A DNA stretch of 64,000 bases from Psammoneis japonica (taxonomy: Eukaryota). Shown piece after piece: positions 49,500-61,860 of this stretch. The notes below the pieces were generated by a model. The model saw only the letters and a list, made by a program, of their open reading frames with translations. It searched no databases and had not been told where the DNA came from. The stretch's first letter is position 1, and each line of letters begins with the position of its first letter. The stretch lies in the NCBI GenBank assembly GCA_008632985.1, contig QPGO01000044.1, positions 186,001 through 250,000 of the forward strand, in the 5' to 3' direction. The translations under genes and the position numbers were made by a program.

Positions 49500-52400
49500 G
49501 GCCTGTTCCGGCTCCAGGTGATCCGCAAGGGTTCGATTCCCATCATTTGCCCATTTTTGCATTTGGCGCATTGGACTTTTTCAAAATCCGTTTTTTGCCA
49601 AATCGAAGGGCAAGTGTGCACTTTACATGTATTTTCGGGTGTACAGTCTGCTCGCTCTAACATGTGCTGGGGGGCACACATGAAATTTCAGCACATGTTA
49701 TAGAGAGGGTGTGTGTTGTCCCTCCCTGGTGCAAATCTACGTACATTGATCCTGTGTGCAGAAACTGTGCAAGGTTTTGTGCAGGGCCCTGGCAGATCTT
49801 GCACATGCACCAGTCCACCAAAATAAAACAAATGTGAAAGGGCATCATTTGCAGGCAACGGGAAAAAAATGGTCTCCACACGGTGCAGTCGCCACCGGTG
49901 CTGTTGTGCACATGCGCGCAGCACAGTGGCCGTCATCGAACCTCTCGTCTGTCATCACTGCAGCACTCATTGGCACATTTCAAAGAGTCCCTCCCTTCAT
50001 CAATTCTTTGCTTCTGCCACAAAGACAGCCACCAGGACTGGTTCTCAGAGGTGCGTCATTGTCAATGAGGGTGTTTGGAGTCATTGCAAGTCTGGTCCAA
50101 TGGGCCTTCACCTCAAACATGGTCTTAGAACAGTGATGTCTGGCCTTCATCCACAAGGGTCAAGCCGGATTTTCAGCACATGTCACAGAGAGGGCACATG
50201 TTAAAAAGTGTGTGTTGTGGCAAGCAGACTGTGCACTCACCTTTTCATTTTCAAAAAGATCAAAAATGAAGGAGTTGAATGTGCTAAAATGTGATTTTCG
50301 GCTGGTGTCTCACTCCACATGAAAAATGCTTGTGATCGCTCACTTTTTCATTTTTCAGAGCTTGTGTGTTTGGTCTTCTTCAACTCAACTGACGTCCAAA
50401 CATGCCTCATTTCTACATGCACCAAACAGTTAGTTTGTTTGAGCATGCCAAAAAAATGTGTCCTCTTGACTTGCCATCCGTCTCATCCACCAGCCCTTTC
50501 GTTGCACAAATTTCAATCAAATTTCCAATCCATCATGGGGAAGAAGAGGAAGAAGCAAACTGGAGTTGGCCATTGACACAAGTCAGGGACTGGCAACAGC
50601 AAAAACAAAAAGCCTTGTTGTGAACTTAAAACACACTCCAAGGCCTCTGCCCAAGTTGATGCCGAAGCTGAAGGAGCTGCAGCCACTCCCTCCAACCCCA
50701 ACCATGACAATGCCACTGTCACTCCCTCCATTGCTCCCACCAACCAAGCTCCTTCCAACCCAAACCCCTCCACAGAGCACCCCACTCATTGTTCAGGGTT
50801 GTCCTTTCCAAGACAACCTGGCCCCTCCCAAATGCACACTGCAGGAGCAGCCGCCACTCCCTCCAACCTCACCTCTGACAATGCTGCCATCACTCCCTCT
50901 GTCACTTCTGCCAACCCAACCATCACTTCCGCCAACTGAGCTGCGCACCTCCACAGATTGCCCCACTTTCAATCCTCATGCATTTGAAGCAACCCACAAA
51001 GATCCACAACAAGCGCTGTGTCGTGCAGTGGTCAAAGCAAGAGAAGCAGTGTTGTCTTGCGCCACCACTCAAGAACAACAAATCTGTGCCTTCATGTGTG
51101 CTTTGCATTTTCCTGATTTAGCCCCACACGTTGAGGCTTGTAATTTGACACTGTCAAAAACAAATTCTGTGGCCTTGCAAATGACCCAGCAGTTGGGCAA
51201 AATGTGGGCACGTGCCAATGGCAACAACAATGGTCAACACCACCTTGCCAACAACAAAAAATCGTTTTTCCGTCCTGTGGCAATTGGAATCTCCAGTTCT
51301 CCAGAAAAACCTGCTGACGAGCCCAAATTGTCTTCCTTTGACCATGCCAATGCACTTGGCCTGAATCGAAACACTGTTTGTTGCCAAATGAAGCAGGGAT
51401 TCCCAAGCAGTGTCAAAAAATGAATGCAAGTCAATGCAGCATGTGTCAATGCGGTGATTGCACCAACGCAAATTTTCTGCAAGATGTGTTGAACAGGTTT
51501 CGAAGGAAGCTTTTAAAAGAGATGGAGGTGGAGCAACAGCAGTTGAAGGTTGCAAATGAGGATCCTGAAAACTCCAAGAACTGTGACCATGCCACTGGCA
51601 AATTGGAGGAAACAAAGTGTGGCTGTCAAGAGGAAGCGTTTGGCCCCAACAGCCATCACCTTCATCCCAAAGCCCGAGATGCAGTTGCAACCATCATTTG
51701 CGGCAATCTCAATGGTCAGGATCATCCTCATTGGAAATGCATTTTGGGTGAATGCAAGCATTGCCCATCCTGTCCAACTCCATTGTTGGAACAGAATGAA
51801 AGTCCCAGTGCTCCCCAAGTTTTGTTTCAACGTCACTTGACTGTAAAAAGTTGTTCCAAGCATGGCATGTTCATGGAAGCATGTCCTGTTTGTGAGGCAG
51901 ATCCAGATGGGAACCAGGATGCAAAGGTCAAATGAAGGACCTTGTTGACAAGGTTCTGCAAACCAGTCAGGGTCTTTACACAAGAGCACTGCATTCCCAT
52001 TCCAAGTTTAAAGAAGCTGCATTGCCACCTTCCCCATGTGGCAATTCTTGGGAAAAATCATTGCATGAAATTGCATCACAAAGCATTTGAGTCAATGCCC
52101 AACAGCATTTTCACATCTCATGACTGCTCTGAGCATCAGAAGGCAGAGTTTGACAAACAAGTTCAGGGTGATCATCATGGCAACAACCAAACATTGTCAA
52201 ATGGAGGAAGAGTTTGCGATGCAATGGTTGACAATGAGCTTCAGAAAACACATCATGCGCGTCTCTCTGACTCTTCCAAGCAAGATGCCACCACCACCCC
52301 TGCTCACTTGGAAAAGTTTGGCACCTGGTTAAAAAAGAACCACAACCTGTGTCATGCATGGCTTGTGATTTGGGATTTGGGATCACACCGATGGTTGTGC

Positions 52401-53045
52401 CAAACAGCACTGATGTGCTTTGGCACTGTGCTTGTTTTCTGTGTTTGTGCACAAACACAACATTGTGTTTGATCATGCCATTGGAGCACCTGGACATGGC
52501 AAAGGAGAGGTTGATGGAATTGGAGCCTGTGCGCAAACAACAACACAACAAATTGACTTGCTGAATTCAAAACAAGAGAATGCAAAGAGATGGTGTCATC
52601 CACAACAACAGCAACTCTGCAGAGCCGCAATTGCACTGTGACGACAATGATGCAACTTTGAAATGAAAGGAACAGAGGGTTCCACACAAAACCGCAAGGG
52701 CAAAGAGGGGGTTGCAGAGCGGTGACAGTGGTGTGCTGCATTGTGGCTGGTGTTGTTGTGTGTTGGGTGGATGGCACGTGTTTGTAGAAGTCAGTGTTGT
52801 TCTGCACATTGCCAGAAAAACACCAAATGCCAACTGACACGATTCTTCCTGTGACGCAATGTGCACCTTGGTTGTTGAAGATGAGCATTGTTGTCACAAA
52901 TGTGTGGCATCATTGGAGTGATCAATGTTCACAAAAAGCCAAAAGGTGCAAGCTCTGCTGGGTGGAGACAAAAATGTCTGGTGCTGTTGACTGCATGGAA
53001 AAACTACCATGATGAAAAGCTGATCACCTGGAGCTGGAACAGGCC
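49500..53045 (+). mobile_element. Cut-and-paste DNA transposon (Sola-like) with 24-bp TIRs and a 4-bp TSD (TCCT), inserted in the Copia gag
   Basis: TIRs 49500-49523 GGCCTGTTCCGGCTCCAGGTGATC and 53022-53045 (23/24 match); TCCT at 49496-49499 and 53046-53049; transposase relic with WDHTDGCAKQH*C and AIGAPGHGKGEVDG. Confidence 0.88.
51380..52640 (+). pseudogene. Degenerate DDD-type transposase of the nested element
   Basis: CILGECKHCP Cys cluster; DCSE..K.EFDKQVQGDHHG; LSDSSKQDATTT; TDGCAKQ; GHGKGEVDG; interrupted by frameshifts and a CGA->TGA-type stop. Confidence 0.75.
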
Positions 53046-54120
53046 TCCTTTTTGATGACAGCAGGCAGGGCCTTGGGGTTCTCCTGGGATGTTTCCACCT
53101 CATGGAGATGGCAGGGCCCCCACACTTGGTTGAGAGCAATGTCAGCAGCACACAGCACACATGAGATGCACTCACAGTGACAAGCAGCAAATGCAGCAAG
53201 CTTGAGATTCATCTCAGCCCGCAGCAATGCGGTCGTCCCCTGGTTGGGTTGTGGATTTGCTCCACCACCTGCTGCACCTCCTGGGCAATGTGCAACCTTG
53301 CATGAGGTCTCAACCTCACACATGGTTGTTGAGATCATGCAGCTCCTCAACTGCATTGATTCCCTGGTCTGTTGCAAGGGACACTGAAGCTTCATTCATG
53401 AAGTCCAGTCAGCAGCATGCAGAAGACATGACTGCAACATTGGCTGCCATGGTCAATGGCTTGGTGGTTCAATGTTGATGATGAGGAAACTCTTTCACAT
53501 GAGTTGTGTGGTTCTCATGCAAAAGTGAGTGAGTTGCACAAAGTTCAAATCACTTTTTCATTGTTGCATGTGAATCCGTTGGTTTGTTGGACCAATGTGT
53601 CCATGTTGAGACTTGTGTGTCTGCACAAACCAACATGTGCTCCCACAATCTTCCTGATCAATGCTGGTGGTGAGTGCAAAGCACTGTTTTGGGGATCATG
53701 CGGTGTGATCACATCATTGTGTCTGGACATGACATGTGAGTTTAGTGACCAATGGATGTCATGTCGTGTTAAAATCTGTGTGTGATGTTGTCACCCAGTG
53801 ATTTCAAATTGCTCAAACATTTGCCTCCAAGATGACTTTGGAATGGAAATTGCATCCCAAATCCATGGATTGTGCTCTGTGTTTGTGCATGTGTGCTGTG
53901 ACACATCAGAACAGACAATGCTGCAGTTGCTGTCAACAAGCATTTAAACTTGCACTGATTCTGGGAGCACAGAACTCGTCAAACACAAACACCTCTTGCA
54001 TTCGTGGGTGTTTTTTAGCCATCCCTAACTTTTGTGGAACGTTCTGTGGCATTGCAAATTGTTCGCAAGCAAAGATGATGCTCAGAATCATTGTGTTGTG
54101 TGGCAATGGCTCTGACAAGG

Positions 54121-54287
54121 TGAATGAATTACCCTGCAGTTGCATGAACCAGGGACAAGACTAAAAGAAAGGCTTGTGACATTGTGCCACTTTTCTAGAA
54201 GTGAAATCTAAACCTGGGGAACCACCGTGCAATGCACCTGATTGCCAATGACAAAGCACAACAAACTGATTGGAATTGACAACATGG
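54121..54287 (-). repeat. LTR-like direct repeat, copy B (5' LTR; hypermutated)
   Basis: Aligns to copy A; followed on the minus strand by CCTTGTCAGAGCCA, which resembles a decayed tRNA-Met PBS (TGGTATCAGAGC). Confidence 0.75.
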
Positions 54288-54289
54288 CA

Positions 54290-57200
54290 AATTCTTCAGA
54301 AGAGCGTGGCACACGCAATGGAGTTCGTGGAGAAAAGGTCAGCAGCCCAGTGTGAACTGACATGATGGTTGGTTGCAGCAGAGACCACTGCAGCAAACAA
54401 GGTGACATTTTGGCCGTTGCTCCCACAGCTCATTGCCAGCACCAAGCACTGTGCTCTTCTCATGGTGAAGGTTGGCAAACTGTTTGAAGGTGTTTGTCTC
54501 AACCAGTTTGCCAAACAAATTTGGAAGGATGTCTTCAATGAGTGCGCATCTTTTGCTCCCATGACACTCATGTTTGGCAGCAGCATCAACCCACCTCCAC
54601 ACCTGCTGCACTACATTGGTGGGTTTGGGTGCAAAAATTGGAGTTCCTTGATGAGTTTGGACTCATTTTTGCTGTGAGCTGTTTTGCACTCATGCACTTG
54701 TTCCCAGTTGCTGTTTTTTGGAATGGACCAAATGCAAGCTGTCACATTGCTAAATTGACAGGTCAACAAGGCCATGCACATGACAGTTGATCAGCACAAC
54801 ACAATGTGCTGTTGCCATGTTGTGAAATCATGTGGGCAACCCATTGCCCATCTGGCAATGGGTGCAGGCATGACCACATTCATTTGAGTCTCACAGTCAG
54901 TCTGTCACCAGTGTTTGACATCGTCAACAAGGTTTCAACCTTTTTGCATGATGAGTGTCACAAATGAGTGTTGAAAGATCTTGTCACCAACATTTGTGCA
55001 GCTGGTGCAGTGCAAACAAACAACAGCTGGGAGTGCAATGTCCTGGCATTGACAGCAATGCACAGCTTGATGGATCTGCTGGAGCAAGCAGCGCTGCTCA
55101 CCAGAGCACCAACAGCCAACCAGCTTCAGGTGAGATGACAGATTGTTTGCTTTGTGGCTTCACTCAACAAAGCATGGCTGTCACCACACATGACATTGTC
55201 AATGAAGCATCAAACTCTTTCCATGCTTGCAACAAGCTCAAGTTGCAGAAATTGGTGATCATGGCATTTGTCAGCAACTGCAAGGAGCATGATTTTGGAA
55301 GTTTTGACAAATGAACACAAACTGAGAAGTTCCAACAAATGAACATCAATGTTGAACAAAAGGGTCAGTTGTGTCCAATTGTTGCTGCCACATTGGCAAA
55401 GCTTGGTGCTCCAAAACTGGTCACCAACAATTGTTTGTGCTTGTTTGCAAAGGACAGTCCTGGTGCCACTGTGGGCAGCAGGGATCTCTTTGAGAGCAAG
55501 TGCAGCATTGGAAGAGCTCTCATCATGATGCATGACCATTTGGATTTGTTGCCTGCTGTTGCATTCATCCACAAGAAGTTTGCTGAACCAGGTGCTGTTG
55601 ACAACAACTGCTGTCTAGCTTGGCAAAATGCACCAATTTGCTGGACCGCTCCTTGTTGTCTTTTGTTGCATGGTTGTCTGCCAGGAAGAACTTGCAGCTT
55701 GACAAGGATCAAGCCAAGCTGGAAGAGTTGCAAGTTCACTTTGACAGACCCCACAGACTTTGCTCAACAAGAGCCACCACAACTTCCATTGCCAGACATC
55801 ATGAGCTTCATGGCAGTTGATTGTCTGAGCATCAAGAAGGCAAAAGAAGTGTGCACAGCATTGAGCACAAAAGGCACAAGGATGGAGAACACCTTTGTTC
55901 TGTCAAACCCAGCACTGTTCAATGCAGCAGGCATGTGCTGGGCACAGACTCTGTTCACTGGGACCATTTGCCACCTGCCAGTTTGAAACGTTGATGCCAG
56001 CCATTGCACAAAGCCAAGGGGGGTGCTGTGAGAGCTTTTTTGTTGCACTTGTTGTTTGGTGCAAACTTTGGAAACAGGTGCTCTTGATTGTGGAAGTGTC
56101 TTCATTGTGCAAGAAAGTTGGTTGTCATGTCACCAGTGTGACCAACAAAAAAAAAACATTTTGGCTTTGAAAGCAGTCACTTTGTTGTTTTCCATGGCTC
56201 TGTTGTCTGAGAAGAAAGAGCTGATGGCACATGACTGTCATTTGTTGGAGGAAAATGGGCCCATCATGTCTCCTCTGGTCATGATGAAAGATGACCAGGG
56301 ATTTCTCAGGGTGCACTTGGACTGATGTGAGACAGCCCTGTTTGTTGTGCCAATCATTTGTTTGTCACTGTTTCTTTTTTGTTTCTGAATCTGTTGCTCT
56401 CGCATCCACAAAGCTCAAGAGTGCAATCTGTGCATTGCACTGTGCTCACAACAAGAAATTGTTGCTTTGATTTGCAATCCAACTGAACCAATGCAGCAGA
56501 AGCAACGACTGCCTGGAATGTTGTGTTGATGCACACACAGTGCAAATGGCAGCAAGCTCCAGCTGATTGCAGTTTGTTCAAAGCAACAGGTGGATGGACA
56601 GGTGCTGGGTGCATTGGGTGTGCTGGCAGATTGGTCACTGCATGGGTGCACTGGTTTGTCATTTTGTGAGTGGGGGTGAATGAGTTGCCAGAGGGCAGAG
56701 GGCAGCATGGAATGGCTGGTGAATGGGCTGGCAGATGTGTTGAGACAGGCACAAGCACAAAGCTGGGTTGGCTGATGCTTCTGTCTTTGCTGTTTTTCCA
56801 GTTGCTGCTGCTCCTTGAGCTTCAGCTCACTCTTCATTTTGTCTGTCCTTTCTTGTTTTGCACACTTTCTGACCAGAAGCTTTGTTGAACATGATTGGAC
56901 AACATTGGCACACTGAAATTTCAACACATGAGTGAAGTTGTTCAACAGCACGCACACACAGATAAATGCGTGCATCATCTTGTTGAATGTTTGTGCATGG
57001 CAAAAATGTTGAATCAAACTTTCATCAATTCACCCATGCACATGAATGCAGCACATGAGGCACAGAGGAAAAACAGGTCATGCAAACATCATTTTAGTTG
57101 TGCAGTGCAACAAAGCAACATGTGATCTGTAAAATTGAACTGCAATCCCTGCACATCAAGGTCCAAACAGTCTGTGTGCAACCACTGCAGAGGCCAGTGG

Positions 57201-60200
57201 TGTTGGACATGCAGTGGTGTTGAAGTGTGCTGCTGTTGGCAGTGCTTGGGCCCTTTCATTCCAGATGTGTGCACAAGTTTTGGTTGGTGGAAATGAGTGA
57301 CTTATGCTGGTTGACCAGTGTCTGCTGTCTGGTGCCAATGTTGAGGCCACAGACATGCCAAAGTTAAGAGCAATTGACCACACCGCCCACCAGGAAAGGA
57401 GGAAGATGTGGCAGCAACATTGGAAGAAAGGCAGGAGAGCAGCAAACAAGAATCCCCAATGCTGTCTTTGCAGTCACCAACTTGTGAGCCACAAGAGCAA
57501 GAAGGCATTGGGAAGAAAGGGAGAGACAGAACAGAGCCAAGGCAATGAAATGGAAAAGGAAAGATCTGGAAAAGCAGAGGAACAGCACATGAGTGCAGGA
57601 GGAAAAGGCTGAAGACAAACAGGAGGCTAAAGACAATGCCAGCACTGAGTCACAAGATCCACCAGAAGAACAACTTTCCACTTCATCTGATGACAAGGAG
57701 GTGGACAATGCACCAAAATGTTCACAGGACAATGATGTGTCTCTGCTGTCTTCACCAGCTGCTGAAGGGGCTGCGTGTCTGTCCAAGCCATTTGCAAAAA
57801 AGAGCTGAGTTGACACAGAGACACTGTCATCATAAGAACAACAGATGCTCACAGTGCCAACTGAGAAAAGCACAGTGTTTGACATGGCTGGTGAAGCCAT
57901 GCTTGGAATCAATCAAGAGCAAAAGAGGTGGTGCCATTGTCCACACCAGGGATTGATGACCCCATCATGCACAATGCCAAGTCTGTCACAAAGGACTGTG
58001 TGTTGCCAGGCTGGCAGAATGCTGCATGCACCACCCAACAAAGACAGTGTCTTGCTGCACCAAAGAGTTCATGATGTGCAACACAGCAATGTCATGCACA
58101 ACAGTGATTTTGCAAAGCACATGCCAGACAATTTTGAGAAGAAGCCATCAAAGAAGCACCCAAACAACATGAAGTGCAAAGACCTGGTGTTCCATGAAGA
58201 GGCCTGGGGCAGGAAACTTGGCACCATGGCAGTTGCCAAGTGCTCTGCAAAGCATTCAGAAGATTTTGGGAGTGCGCTGAGTGCAAGAGTGCAACAAATG
58301 TCAGGTGAGTGATGCCTGCCATTGATTGCACTGTGTGTGCCATGCAACTGACATGCTTCATGCCACCATGCATTTGCACAGTGTGCTGGGCAAAAACACC
58401 CAAGATGGGAGCAAAAGATGCTGATGCAGATGGGGTGCTGGAAGAGATGTGGTGACTCCTGCAAAATGGTGGGGGAAGAACCCTCCAGGCAGGGAACTCA
58501 GCATGGATTTTTGTGGGCCTCTGCCTTTCTTTGCAGCTTTTGTGTTGCCACTGGAGAAAAGATTCTCCAATGAACAAAGCTGCATGTTGCTCATGTCAAA
58601 CAAAATCAAGCTCCACAACAACCTCCAAGTGCACACACATGGGGGAAGACACTGGCTGAGTGCACAACCACACAGGAAGTGGAAATGATCATGGTCATGC
58701 TGGACAATGTCATTGCAAAGAATGCAACAGATCCAGAAAAGTTCAAGATTGGAGCAAAAGGGCAGCTGTGGAGGGTGAATGACAGAAAGGCTAAAAAGGC
58801 ACCATCACATGGCATGGGGTGGGAGAAGCACAAGCAAGCATTGGATGAAAGTCATTGTGCTGAGGACACCAATGCACACCCAGACCACTTTGGCCTCCAA
58901 GAAGCCAGTGCTGCACATCAGAAGATGAAAAGAAAAGGGAAGAAGAGAGCTGTCAATGTGCCACTGGAAGCCATTGACTTGGTGTTTGGCATCCCCAAAA
59001 GTGGCAAGGAGAAAGTTTTTGGCAGCTTGGCAAACTTTGTCTTGTGAGTGTGAAAACAATGTTTGGCTTGCAAACTGTGTGCAATGAAAGCACCAAAATG
59101 ACAATAGAAACAAAATGCCGCTGATTGTGACAGCAGTGTTTTGCAAGCAGCCAAGCTCTTTCAAGTGACAGAACATTGCATGGCACAAGTCATGCAACAT
59201 CACAAATCATGTTTTGACCAATGTGAAAATTTTGCCCTGCTTCAACTGGTTTCAGAAATTTGTTTGCACCTTCCTGGCAGCACCATTTCACAAGAAAGCA
59301 CCACCAGGGAGTTGGGGTTTTGCGATGCTGCCCCAAAACACTTGTCTCCAGCTGGAGGACCACAACCATGTGACAGCACAAAGAATCTGAAAGAGTGATG
59401 GTTGCAATGGTCCAAAAAAGATGGTGGTTTGGACACCTTGTTCATGTGTTAATTTCACCATCATTTGCGATCTTTTCTTCTTTTTTCTCATGGCTGGCAG
59501 GCATGGTGTCACCACGACAATGGTCTGGTGTGCACCATCTGGAGTGTGCCCACCACACACCAGTTTGGAGCAGGCCCACAGCAAGCATTTTCTCCCAAAC
59601 ATGCACCCGCGTCATTTTGGAATTTGGAATTTTGTTCTGCTGCAACCCCACCACCATGCCACAACCACAACTTCAGCAATGGCCAATGAAAGTGACAAAA
59701 AGGACAACTGTTCAGACAGAAGAGCAATTCAAGAACTTGTTGGACTTTGCAGTGTGAAGCTGTTGGGTGACTCATTGCACAATGACTCAGCAGGTTTGCC
59801 GGGTGTGTCTCCAATGCCAAAGAAAAAAGCAAGGCAAGTGCGCTCCATCATTCATTGGGGCTGGATGTCAGGGTCAGTGGTTCTTTTTTGTGTGGATCTG
59901 GAACATGGGGGCAATGATTGCGGAGAGGCTCAGCTGATCTTTGTTGCTTGAAATTGCATGACGAAGTCAATTTTGGGTGAGCCACACATGCATTTGCCCC
60001 AGTCCCACATTTGCATTGGTTGGAAGAGAACATGAGTGTGCAGTTTGTTGATTTCAGTGAATCCCATCTTGACAATGGTGAGCAGACAAGCATCATCATT
60101 GTGTGGGGCAGAAAGTGCTGCTGGACCTTGCGGGGAATTTGACAAGAATGCAACTCCATTTTGACCACAAGGACAAGTGGAGAAGGCAGTGGCCCATTTT

Positions 60201-61600
60201 GGCACAAATTTGATGAGGATGTCAAGGGAGGAATCCTCTTGATCTTTCCTTTCGACAAGCAAAAACCTGCAACGGAAAAACATTGCATCATCAACGTTGA
60301 CTTTTGACAATGACACAGTGGTCAGAAGAAGATGCCAGCCCTTCTGTGTCACAACCTCCAATGCTGCAGTGCATCGCTGAAAAAGCTGTGTTGCAATCAG
60401 ATGTGGTGGCTTGGTTGTCACTCTTGGGTCCAAAAACTGCACCAGCCAGTTGCAAGCGAGACTCTGATTGGTTGCTTGTCCACTGTTTGCATGTGTTGCA
60501 GATCTGACTGATGACAAAATGATGTCCAAATGTTGCCATCCAGTCTGCGCAGTTTCAGCCCATGATCCTGTTTCCAAATTTCTTTCCTCACTTGCATGCA
60601 TGCATCCTGACAATGTCAAAGTTGCGGGGAGACCCCATGTGCTAAAATGGGTTGAACAGACTCAGCCCTTTTTTGAACCCTGCTTCCTGCTGGTTGAGTT
60701 GTTTGTTGAAGCTCTTGGAGATGGTGACCTTTTCAAGCATTGCCGCCCATTTCCTGTTGCCACAGTCATCAGAGTCAATTGCACAAGCTTGCCATGAGCC
60801 GCCATGAACAACCAAGTTGGGGTTGCATTGAATCCACGCACATCAACACCAAGTTTGTTGTTTTGATGTCACCAGAAAACATTTTCAGCAACTCTGCGAC
60901 ACTGCTTTGAGACAGAAAAAGCTGTGGGAAGATTGGTTGGCAGCAAATCAATTGCTCAGTTAACCAAACAACAATGTTGCACCCTTTCCAAACAAACAGC
61001 ACCACTGCCTGTTGGCACTCTAATGCTGCTGACTGCCACTGCATCAGCTGTTGCCATGCCTCTGCCAACCACCACACCAGCTGGCTGCTCCAAGGCCCCC
61101 AATTCCTGCACTGCCCAGCTGCTCCAATGCCTCCAACTTCTGCCGCGCCGCATCACAGCTGCTCCAACACCACCCACTCTCTGTGCAAACTGGCTGCTCT
61201 GGCCAAACTGGCCGCCATGCCACCTGGCCACTCCAACGCCACCGACTCTTGCACCACCTGGCTGCTCCATGCGGTGTGCTCCCATGCTGCCCAGCCCACA
61301 ACATTTGGAGATGAGTGCAACCTCCTTGTCTGCTGCTTGCACACAGACTTTTCCAAAAGTGCTCTTCAATCTGTCCAATGTGAAAAAAATGGAAATGCAC
61401 AAGTTGTGAGAATGGAGCACCGACAGCAGCAAAATCCAAGAAGGGAGTTTTCACCCATTTTTGGATTTTCTCTGTTGCAACACTCATGTTTTGTGCAGGA
61501 AAAAGTTTGGTGACAAAATCAAACAGCATCTGTGAGTCCATGTTTTCCATGGGTCATTGGACTCACGATGGAGAGTGTGTCCCCTCGAACTCATCGTCCT
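54290..61600. mobile_element. Further degenerate, unclassified TE-like DNA, TpA- and CpG-depleted
   Basis: Same dinucleotide signature; fragments of formerly coding sequence (e.g. 55339-55986, 59930-60619) with no family I can name. Confidence 0.55.
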
Positions 61601-61860
61601 TTTCCCCTTCTTTTTTTATAAACTCGGAGCCAATGTGGAAGTCTTGAGTCTGGAGAAATGAGGTGCTTAACAACCATCAAGTTGCATCAAGATTGCATGA
61701 GAGATCAATGGTCAAGCATTCAGAGATGACGGCTGCTAGGTTGAAGAAAATCTAGCGGTTTGGGGCGCTACAGCGTATGACATTTTTTCAATTACATGTT
61801 GTGAGGCTATCCCCTTTGCTGCACTCCCATGGTACACCGATTTATGATGCAGTACTTGAA

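Larger units (their letters stand above)
43913..54287 (-). mobile_element. Near full-length degenerate Ty1/Copia (CoDi-like) LTR retrotransposon with a nested DNA transposon
   Basis: On the minus strand: gag (start ~53450; DWPK.MEA, HFLGPN), protease LDGHAD (~48330), integrase AHEAL..LF..DG.P..IMDG.KEQ (~47300), RT (HMDD at ~45270), RNase H DNMSV..STLKKKSNS..NPADL (~44300). The gag-PR-INT-RT-RH order is Copia; direct repeats lie at both ends. Confidence 0.9.

Noticed and set aside
44000..61600. Dozens of 60-300 aa ORFs in the TE blocks as novel Cys/His-rich genes
   Set aside because: They overlap in all frames, lack Tyr, and are explained by loss of TAA/TAG stops in decayed TEs.
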